Source of the DNA: the human T2T-CHM13v2.0 reference genome, Homo sapiens
DNA: 64,000 nt
NCBI RefSeq assembly: GCF_009914755.1
Contig: NC_060932.1
Strand: one strand, 5' to 3'
Under the pieces are notes generated by a model, which saw only the letters and a program-made list of their open reading frames with translations, was not told where the DNA came from and did not search any database. This document shows, one piece after another, positions 53,850 to 64,000 of this stretch. The stretch's first letter is position 1; each line of letters starts with the position of its first letter. Position numbers and translations under genes: made by a program.

Positions 53850-54260
53850 CAATAAGCCAGGCACAGAAAAACAAGTTCTGTATGATCTCACTTATGTGTG
53901 GAATCTAAAAATATGAGTTCACAGAAGCAGAGAGTAGAAGGGTGGTTACCAGGGGCTGGAGGTAGGGAAAATAAGGAGACGTTGGCCAAGGGGCACAAAA
54001 TTTCAGTTACAAAATGAATAAATTCTGGAGATCTAATGTACAGCATGGTGACTATAGTTAATAATTACGTTTTGTATACTTGAAATTTGCTACGAGAGTA
54101 GATCTAAAATGTTCTCACCACACACACACACAAAGATGGTGATGGCTATGTTCATTAGCTTGATTGTGATAACCATTTCATAATGTATACATATATCAAA
54201 ACATCACATTATACCTCTTACATATATGCAATTTTTATTGTGAAAAAAATAATTAAAAAA
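53850..54260 (+). mobile_element. L1MA/MB 3' end
   Basis: ATCTCACTTATGTGTGGAATCTAAAA...GATCTAATGTACAGCATGGTGACTATAGTTAATAA. Confidence 0.85.
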
Positions 54261-56379
54261 TGAAGTTTGTGAGGAAGAGGAAAAAAGTGTTGTAATGCAA
54301 GAAGCACAGGCATGCACAGGCTGTGTGCATAGTGATGGGGAAAACGACTCTTAACAGAGAGCTGGAAGAAAGGGAAGGGGGTTCCTGCCTTCACTTGTGA
54401 TCTGGAGAAGGATTCATGTGTATTACATAGATGTTGGTAACACAACTGAATGTGGTAAGTTCTGTGTGCTTTGATCACAGTTGTGAGAATCAAAGAAAGT
54501 TTCTTCTAGGCAGTGATAATTTGAACCAGACCTTAAGAATGGGCAGGATTTCCAGTAGACCACAGACTCAGATGCAATAAAAAACAAGGAGTGCTTAGGG
54601 CACAGCAGGTAGCACTGTTAGAGAGCAGAGCGCCTGCTGAGCAATGCAGCTGCCAGGGCAGGTGTACTTGATTTTCAGTAGGTATCAGTATTAAAGCCAA
54701 GGTACAAGTTCCTCATATGGCTTAGCTGTTTTAACCCATTAATTCAATATGAGAAAACCATATTATTTTGCTTCCAAAAATCTCTAAAATCAAAGGTCTC
54801 CCAAAGGCACAATTAGTATTTGGAAAATGCCAGAAGCAACTCCTGTTCTCTTTAATGTTCCACTTGCCATTGGATGATGTACCAGGCATTCAAAGAGTTC
54901 AGTTGTTCTCTTCTGGTTGCCTGGGGTAAAAGAATGTAGGCACCTCTTCTGCCATTTGCTTACAACATTACAAGATGATTATTTTCTATTATAGAAGACA
55001 GAGAAGGCCACACACCTCAAGGTGTCTTTATAAGATGTTGTCTCTCTGAGGCAATGATATAGGGACTTTTCTGGCTGCAGGTCATTTTAATAAAGTTTAA
55101 AATACAAGGCAGGGTGACGTTTTACAAACCTTAAAACCCCAAAGTAGCTTTGTTCCAAATAAGCGGGCTTTATCTGAATGCCAAAACTCCAGATAATCCC
55201 CTAACTGGTTCAAGGATTGCTTTTCCCAGTTGAAATTACTCTGTTGCCAATAATAGACTTAACAAAAGTTAAACTTTTAAATATTCATCATCTTGGCAGG
55301 TTGCAGACGTTACAAATGTACATTCTTATGTTTTCTCAATTACGGTATTGGTCTTTCATATGGCTTCTGTATAAGACCACTTTATTTTTTTTCTCTCAAA
55401 CATACTGGTCTTTTTGAAATATGTACATCCTATAAGACTTCAACACATTTATATGAGATACTGTGAATTGATAAAGGTCATATTAATGCTTTCCTACAAT
55501 AATTGAATACATTTTTTTTTTAAAGCTGGGGGAAGTGGGGTTTTAAAAAAAGCTGACTTCTCGCCATTGGCACTTTGTGTGAGCCCATTACACTTTGCTT
55601 TCTTATAAGAGATTTCTGTAATGCTTTTTGAGTGCTATTAAAACTGACCTCTTCAATAAATGTCAACTTACTGTCTAAAGGCAACCAAAAGAATTTTAAG
55701 TCAAATTATATTTCTACTAAAACTGAGTTTGCTTAGCTTGACTACTGGAACGTTTTCTTTAAGAATTCTAAGTATTGTGGTAATATTGCAAAGTGAATAC
55801 TCTCAGATTTTTCAAGAAGCTGTTCTAAGACTGAATCTGTGGCCTCATGTTGTAAATCAGGGAGTAAGTCCCCCTTGTGGGGTCTTTAAGGATCTCTCCA
55901 ACTCTGGAGATCTCTCCGGTCTCCGACTTGGGAAATTACACTCGGGTAACATGTGAAATAAAAAGATTTCTTCTACTCATAGGTCATAGAGAAGGACACA
56001 GGCCACACCACGCCATGCAGGAGGCCATGTGGAAGAAGCACTAAGCCAGCGCTCCATGAAGCAGGTGGGGGCACAAGAGAGTGAGCCCCAATGAGCGAAT
56101 GCCTTTACTGGGGGTCCCAGTGGAGTACACAAGCAAGAGGCATGAGGGAGTGTTGTTGGTGCTTTTAAATGTCACTAGTTCACAGTCAGAGGAGAAAAAG
56201 AAGAGGAACTTGTGGCTGAACCAACCTTATCATACTAGTGCACCTGGGCCCTGGGTGGGGTGCTCATGGCCTGTGTGATGTTGAGGCATGGGGAAAATAT
56301 GAAGTTTTTAAAATTTACAGTACAGGCCTCTTTGGTATAGACTGAAGCCAGCAGCAGGGCAGGGGTGGGGAAGAAGTGG

Positions 56380-57060
56380 ACCAGGACAGGGAGATGCACC
56401 CTGGAGAAGATGGGAGCTCTCACAGTGTTCTCTGAAGCTGGCAGTTTAGATGGTAGCAGCTAGATGGGCTTGGTGAGTGGTGGTCCGGGTTGTGGGGCCC
56501 CATGCATAGCCTCCACGGCCACTGTATTCATGGGCTCATGGAGTCAGCTCTAGAAGTGGTGAAGGGTAGGGGTGGGCTGATGTCAATAGGCCAGGTCATT
56601 CTGTCTGCTCAGTCATTCAGTGCCTCTTCCGTGGACACTCTTGTGAGTGTTAACATGGCATAAAAATCTTCACTTTCAGGCCCACTCCTTCTATCCATCC
56701 ACATGCATCTATGATCTTCCAGTACTTCCCATGATTGTCATTATTTTCTAACTGTGGGCTGCATCTTCCTTCATTATAAAGTGAGTGACCAAGTTTGCTG
56801 CCTGAACCTCTGCCCATTAAGAGGATTTCCTCTCGCCACACTCTGCAAGCCACCTTTGAATGAGGCTGCAGCCCTCATGTACTTTCCATCTGCACCCACA
56901 GAGCAAGCCCACCTGCTATAAAGCAAATATGGGCTTTTCCTTCCTCCTGTAGGATCCCCTATGTAGCTGGCATCATACACAAAAGGAGGGCTGTGCTGCG
57001 GGTGGCTTGGGGTCTGGGTAGACCATCTGTTGGCTTGTGTCTACTAGTGCTGCTCTTATT
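56380..57060 (-). mobile_element. Ancient ERVL/MaLR internal fragment (RNase H-like remnant)
   Basis: Minus-strand translation across frameshifts gives KVKIF / HVNTHK / EEALND*ADRMT..ID; 55850-56350 may be an associated LTR. Confidence 0.55.
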
Positions 57061-57113
57061 CAATCCTGGATGTACTCCTTTAAACCAAATTAAAGATAAA
57101 AACACATGAAACA

Positions 57114-57275
57114 GGCTAGGCATGGTGGAGCATACCTGTAGTTCACACTACTCATAAGGCTGAGGTGGGAGGATTGCTTGCGTCCAATAGTGTGAGACTG
57201 CAGTGTGCACAATCATGCCCGTGAATAGCCTCTGCACTCCAACCTGGGCAACATAGCAAGACTCCATCTCTAAAA
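57114..57275 (+). mobile_element. FAM (fossil Alu monomer) followed by a (CA)n tract
   Basis: Monomer retaining the 7SL-like GTGAATAGCC-CTGCACTCCA segment. Confidence 0.8.
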
Positions 57276-57397
57276 CACACACGTGCACACACACACACGC
57301 ACACACATAACAAAATGCTCCCAAGTTTTTATTAGACCCAAATGTTTGCTGTTTATTACCAAAAAGATAAGATTTTCTTTTTAATAAAAAGAAAAAT

Positions 57398-57739
57398 GGC
57401 TGGGTGCAGTGGCTCACGCCTGTAATCCAAGCACTTTGGGAGGCTGAGGCGGGGCAGGTGAATCACTTGAGGTCAGGAGTTCAAGACCAGCCTGGCCAAC
57501 ATGGTGAAACCCTGTCTCTGCTAAAAAAAAAAAAAAAAAAAAAAATTAGCTGGGCATGCTGGCAGGTGCCTGTAATCCCAGCTACTCAGGAGGCTGAGGC
57601 AGGAGAATCACTTGATCACTTGAACCAGGGAGGTGGAGGTTGCAGTAAGCCGGGATTGTGTCACTCCATTCCAGCCTGGGCAACAGAACAGGACTCCATT
57701 AAAAAAAATTAAGAAAGAAAAAGAAAGAAAGAAAGAAAG
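57398..57739 (+). mobile_element. Alu
   Basis: Dimer with poly-A linker, an 8-bp ATCACTTG duplication and a GAAA tail. Confidence 0.93.
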
Positions 57740-57778
57740 ACAGACACATAAAATAAAAGATACATCCAATGAAATTAG

Positions 57779-58111
<333 letters not shown>

Positions 58112-60799
58112 TATTGCATACAATCTCTTTCATCTTTCCTTGCCTCTTACAAGTAGATATTCGTACCTATAAAGAAATCTGAATTCTAATAGAACAGTAA
58201 GTGCTGGAGTGTACATGGAGGAACTGATACATTAATCTTGTTGATCACTTCTAAAATCCTGTGTGCTTCACTACTGACTAGGAACAGTAGCCAATTAAAT
58301 TTAAGCACATATATTTGTTTCTATTTCAAAAAGAAAACAATGAGCTATGGAAACATTTCCAGTATAATCAAGCATAAATTTGCCGAAATAAACCATGTAG
58401 AATTTTTTTTAACAATGCAAAAACAGAGTCAGTGATTTCATAGTAATCAAATCTTTACAGCTTCTAAATTCTGCTCCTGCAATTGTAGGAGAGTGGATGA
58501 AGTATACAGAACTATAAATCAAAAGGGAATGAATCTTCCACAAACCACCTGGCTGTTCACATTGACAATTTGATTAATTGACAATACCTTTGGCCAAATA
58601 AAAACAATGGAATTGTAGAGAGACATATTCTTCTAGTCTTGATTCTGATGTTTCCCACATGCCTCTTACCACCAAAGTAACTACACATCTCTACAAGCAT
58701 ATATATACATACAACTATGGCACAGAAACTCACATTGGAAATGAATAACTTTTCTGTTAAGGGTGTCCTCTTTCTTGTGCTCCTTCTTCTAAATATTCCT
58801 AGAAGAGGTAACATACATTATTATCATCTCATGAAAATTTGTTTATCAGATCCTTATTTTCTGTGACCCAGGTTGTGAGAGAGGAAGTGGGAACAACAGA
58901 AAGTGAAGCAAGTGTCCAAGAAGAGGAAGTAGTGGCCTCAAAGACAAACAGCCTACTGCCTTTTCCATCCCTGACAACCAGATTTGAATTGCTCACTAAT
59001 GCATAAGTGAATGCATAAATTGCTTGCTTTAGCATAAGCACAATCCCCAAAGTGAATTTTATTTGTTGCCACCACTAGCTACTCAGAAGGCAAGAAAGCA
59101 CCCAATTCTTGTCTTTGTGACAAATTTGGGTATGCATAAACTAAGAATGCCTACAATAAAAGTTTCCCTGATGAAAAGGAAGAATGTTATTACTCTCTGC
59201 TATCTGAGTTTTTCAGGCCCCAAAAAAGAAATTTTGATCTGACATATAAACCATATGTAATTCTTTCCTGGATCTAATGCAATTCACATGAACACCATGG
59301 AAGAAGCAGTTGAGTGGGCCTGGCTGATAGATGTAAGCAACACATATCCCCTCCTATGAATTGATTCTTAATTTCTCTCTAAGCAGGAAGACTGATATGG
59401 TGGTGGTTGTTTTTCTTTAGGCATAATGGTTAAAAGTTAATCAATGGTATCAGTTACTGATGACACATGGTTATCTTTCCAAGAGATGAAAATAAATAGA
59501 TGAAAACAGACATCTGCAGCTGCAGATACAGACTAGTTGTACTAAACGATTCTATTTCATCACTAAGGAGGATGTGCCCAATGGAGCTGTACCCTGCAGC
59601 AAACATTTCTGCAAGAGTTACTTTTTAATAAGTGCTCCAAGCTCCAGATTGACTATTGTTTGGGAATTTGGCTAGTTAATGGAGAGGTGGCAGGTTCTGA
59701 TTTAAAAATAAGGTGTTCAAAAGTCATTATCCCATTACAGCAGGCATTCCAGGCAAGTTTAAGTACACACCCTATGTCAGGATGATCTGGAACTTTTTGT
59801 GGGAAGAAATGGGTCCCTTATGACAGCTGCCCACTGAGCTCTCCCACCCCAAATCTGGTTCTAATTTGCCTTTATATTTCTGCCATCAACATTTAAAAGT
59901 TTTAAGAGGTAGTGATTTCTCTTCTAAAACACTGTCCTCGAAGTATATTTCTTTGGGCCTCACACTGCCTGTCCACCATACCACTAATGTTTGCTGACAT
60001 ACAGGAAATTCAGTTCAAGAGTAAAAGATTTTTGGATGCTAACCAATATTTATACTGCAACTGGGTGTAAGTTTTTCAAAGGCCTCAGGAGTATGCATAT
60101 TGTTGACCTACCAATTTTATTTCTAATAATTTTTCCAAAGAAAACAACAGAGAAAATTTGTTCAAGGATTTTGCTATAAAAATTCTTATGGTAAAGTTGT
60201 ATAATGTCAAAAAAAAGCAAACAACCTAAATATGCAACTATATGAAATTCCTAAATAATTTGTGATTAGCCCATACAGTAGAATATTTTGCTGTCACTTA
60301 AATAGTATTAGCTAAATCTTTAAAAATGGAAAAATATTTATAGTATAATATTAAGTTTAAAAAGAGCTTAGAATGCAACATTATGTTACTATATAAATCA
60401 CAGGGGAGAAAACATTGAAAGGACACACCCAAATGCTAAGAGGGATTACACATGAGTGATGGAACTGACAAATACCTTTTATAATCTCCTTGTTTTTCTG
60501 TATTTCTCAGGAATAGTTTATACTGAATATGAATTAATTTTGTATTTAGAAAAAAGTAATTTCTAAAACATGAAGTAAATTGGGGAGTGCAGATGTTAGT
60601 TGCTGGAAGCTCAGAGCTCCAGGAAAGCAAAGGCTTGCAAATTAAGGTGTCTATGCCAGACTTAGTAAACTGTTAGGTGGAAATGTGTGCTGTTGCTGTT
60701 TGTGCTTTTAACAAAATGTAATTCTTCAACTACCTTAAGTGATTGCAAACAGACATGTCTTTTTAGGAAGTTGTGGATGATGAGTATTTAATGATGCTG

Positions 60800-61121
60800 A
60801 TGAGTTGAAGTGAAGAGCATTGATGTCATAGAAGTAGGGAGTAGAGTGGTGGTTACCAGAGGATGCAGAGGGAAGGGGGTAATGGTGAGATTGGTCAAGG
60901 GGTGCAAGGCTCCAGTTAGATAGAAAGAGTAAGTTCTGGTGGTCTATTGCACAGTATTATGACTAGAGTTTGCAGTAATATATTGTATGTCCTCATCACA
61001 AATAAATTTATCAATGTTTAGGGTGATCAGTATGCTAATTACCCTGATTTGATCATTACACAATTTACACATGTATTGAAACATCGCACTGTAATCCATA
61101 AATATATACAATGATCACGTG
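60800..61121 (+). mobile_element. L1MA-like 3' end, interrupted by THE1/MST
   Basis: GTAGAGTGGTGGTTACCAGAGG...TAAGTTCTGGTGGTCTATTGCACAG...CCCTGATTTGATCATTACAC. Confidence 0.8.
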
Positions 61122-62320
61122 TGACATGGTTTGGCTGTGTCCCCAACCAAATCTCATCTTGAATTATAGTTCCCATAATCCCTACATGTCATGGGAGGGA
61201 CCTGGTGGAGATAATTGAATCATGAGGGTGGTTTCCCCCCTCATCCTGTTCTGGTGACAGTGAGTTAGTTCTCGTGAGATCTGATGGTTTTATAAGAGGC
61301 TTTCCCCACCTCTCGCTCCGCACTTCTCCTTGCTGCTGCCATCTAAAGAAGGATGTGTTTGCTTCCCCTTCCATGAGGATTGTAAGTTTTCTGAGGCCTC
61401 CCCAACCCTGTGGAAATGTGAGTAAATTAAACTTCTTTCCTTTATAAATTACCTAATCTTGGGTATGTCTTTATTAGCAGTGTGAGAATGGACTAATATA
61501 GTAAATTAGTCCGTGGGGTTGTACCTAGCAAAGCCAAGGCGGAGCTGCCCAAGGCCATGGGAGCCTACCTTTTGCATCAGCACGCCCTAGATATGAGACA
61601 TGGAGTCAAAGGAGATCATTTTGGAACTTTAAGGTTTAATAACTACCCTATTGGATTTCGGACTTGCAAGGAGCCTGTAGCCCCACTGTTTTGGCCAATT
61701 TCTCTTATTTAGAATGGGTATATTTACCCAATACCTATACCTCCATTGTATCTGGAAACTAACTAACTTGCTTTTGATTTTACAGCCTTATAAGTAGAAG
61801 GAATTTGCCTTGTGTTAGATGAGACTTTGGACTTGGACTTTTGGCTTAGCACTGGAATGAGTTGACCTTGGGGGATGGTTGGAAGGGCATGATGGTATTT
61901 TGAATTGTGAGGACGTGAGATTTGGGAGGGACCAGGGGGAGAATTATATTGTTTGGCTATGTCCCCACCCAAATCTCATCTTGAATTATAGTTCCCATAA
62001 TCCCCACATGTTGCACGAGGGACCCAATGCACATAATTGAATGATGGGGGTGGTTTCCTCCATCCTGTTCTCATGGTAGCGAGTTAGTTCTCATGGGATC
62101 TGATGGTTTTATAAGGGGCCTTTCCCCACCCATCACTCTGCACTTCTCCTTGCTGCCACCATGTGAGGAAAGACATGTTTGATTCCCCTTCCAGCATGAT
62201 TGTAAGTTTCCTGAGGCCTTCTCAGCCCTGCGGAACTGTGAGTCAATTAAACCTCTTTCCTTTATAAATTATCCAGTCTCTGGTATGTCTTCATTAGCAG
62301 CGTGAGAATGGACTAATACA
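61122..62320 (+). mobile_element. THE1D/MST-like two-LTR element with a short internal region
   Basis: LTRs at 61122-61500 and 61944-62320; internal region 443 bp ending in a polypurine tract; TSD ACGTG/ATGTG. Confidence 0.9.
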
Positions 62321-62661
62321 ATGTGCCCATCATAAATCTTAAAAATGTTGGCCAAAGATAAAATGTAGACAATAACACTAGGTTTGAAGGTGCTGTGCTC
62401 AGAATTACTGGGGATAAGAACAAAGGTTGACAATTCCTTTGACCCCATATGAGGACTGACTTTTCCTCTGCCCCCACCACCGTACTGCCCACACTTCCAG
62501 CTGCTCTAGGCACACACACCCTGTCGACCAGGATGAGTAGACAACACACAGCTGAGAAGTCCCAATGCCCAAGACTAGGCTGTTTTGTCAAGCCATCTCC
62601 AATTCCTATGCACCAGTGGTGGTGGCCAGGAAATGAGAACTTTCAAACTCAAAGTGGAAGA

Positions 62662-62966
62662 GGCCGGGCGCGGTGGCTCACGCCTGTAATCCCAGCACTT
62701 TGGGAGGCCAAGGCGGGCGGATCACGAGGTCAGGAGATCAAGACCATCCTGGCTAACACGGTGAAACCCCGTCTCTACTAAAAATACAAAAAATTAGCTG
62801 GGCGCGGTGGCGGGCACCTGTAGTCCCAGCTACTCAGGAGGCTGAGGCAGGAGAATGGCGTAAACCCGGGCGGCGGAGCTTGCGGTGAGCCAAGATCGCG
62901 CTGCTGCACTCCAGCCTGGGCGACAGAGCAAGACTCCATCTCAAAAAAAAAAAAAAAAAAAAAAAA
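62662..62966 (+). mobile_element. AluY, CpG-rich
   Basis: AluY diagnostics, long pure A-tail, perfect 17-bp TSD AAACTCAAAGTGGAAGA. Confidence 0.95.
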
Positions 62967-63177
62967 AAACTCAAAGTGGAAGAAATGTTACTCACAATTT
63001 GAATGGCTGAAATGAAAATATCAACAACAGGAGAGCACGGCAAGGAGCAAAGGGACAATTGTAAGCAGCAGAGGATTGAGGTCCTTAAGTTGAGCTGAAA
63101 TGGGGTCCACTTAGATTCAGAAAGCCTTCAGGCATGTGACCCAGGTCTCAGCTTCCTCATCTACGAAGTGGAGATGA

Positions 63178-63680
63178 TGGTTGATTCTCATTATTCATGG
63201 TAGTTACACTCTAAAGTGACTGCAAACACTGAATTTGTGAATACTGAGCCAGTGCTTTTATGGGAAATATGGGGTTAGATCCCTGCCAGCCTCTGGTCAC
63301 ATTTCCATCAACTGATCAATACATTTTTGTAATGTGTGTTTCTGTTTAAACACAGCATACTGAATCCCTAACAGAGACATTAAACCCTTACTCAGAAGTA
63401 AATAGTGCTATTTCCTCAATAAAATATTGCTGATTAGCTAACATTGAACAGCCACCAGCACTACAACTCCTGCCTGAAGGAAGCTTATCTAACACACCCG
63501 TTTTCTCCATAAGGTACCTCACAGCCTCTTGTGTTTAAAACACCAGAAGGCACTGCAGCACTACCCTTCGGGGCCATCTCAAACAGCAAAATCACCAGTA
63601 TTGAAGTTGGGGTTGCAAATCAATTTTTGCAAATACGTAAATTTGCAAATACCGAAGTGATGAATAGTGAAGATTGACTG
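63178..63680 (+). mobile_element. TcMar-Tigger element nested in a MIR
   Basis: Inverted termini GTTGATTCTCATTATTCAT/ATGAATAGTGAAGATTGACTG; MIR on both sides. Confidence 0.7.
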
Positions 63681-64000
63681 TAATAATAATAATACAAGCT
63701 GTGGAGATTAATGAAATAATCCATGTCAAACATTTAACAGCATGTGGTACATATATACCAAATATGTACTGAACAAGTAACTGTTTTTGCCAAATATTTG
63801 AAGCCACTATTAAGGTGTTAAGTATATAACTATGAATATTACCATATACTGTAAATGGGTACTCTAGAAGGAAGACTACAAAAACAGCCTAATGTTAAAA
63901 TTACCTGATAAACAGGTACAGTTTCTTTGCCACAACTTTTTAAAAATGACTTTAAAAAAACACTTAAAATGAAGCTACCTATGTGTTTTTCATAGCAAGT

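Noticed and set aside
59512-59527. Perfect 16-bp palindrome ATCTGCAGCTGCAGAT
   Set aside because: About one palindrome with 8-bp arms is expected by chance in 64 kb (64000/4^8)

Overview
Primate (human-like) genomic DNA, not prokaryotic. The only host coding sequence is the 5' end of CA8 (carbonic anhydrase-related protein 8) on the minus strand: a CpG-island/TATA promoter (~7470-7760), coding exon 1 (7221-7122) and exon 2 (5954-5763). Intron 2 runs off the left edge. The remaining ~56 kb is CA8 upstream sequence dominated by transposable elements: solo MER11 and LTR13-type LTRs, a 14-kb MER4 provirus (25943-39978) with nested THE1, Alu, HERV-H/LTR7 (31172-37801) and MER41 insertions, a mini THE1/MST provirus, and many Alu, L1, L2, MIR and DNA-transposon fragments. 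Nearly all ORFs in the supplied track are repeat-derived or spurious. I found no evidence of a new multi-gene system. The most notable observations are two Alus with 5' inversions inside single TSD pairs, three perfect POU octamers at an exact 25-bp period, a HERV-H with a consensus splice donor pointing toward CA8, a ~300-bp locally copied block inserted into an L2, and a higher-order GGAA/GAAA purine tract. Repeat family names come from my recollection of consensus sequences, not from a search, and boundaries of old repeats are approximate.
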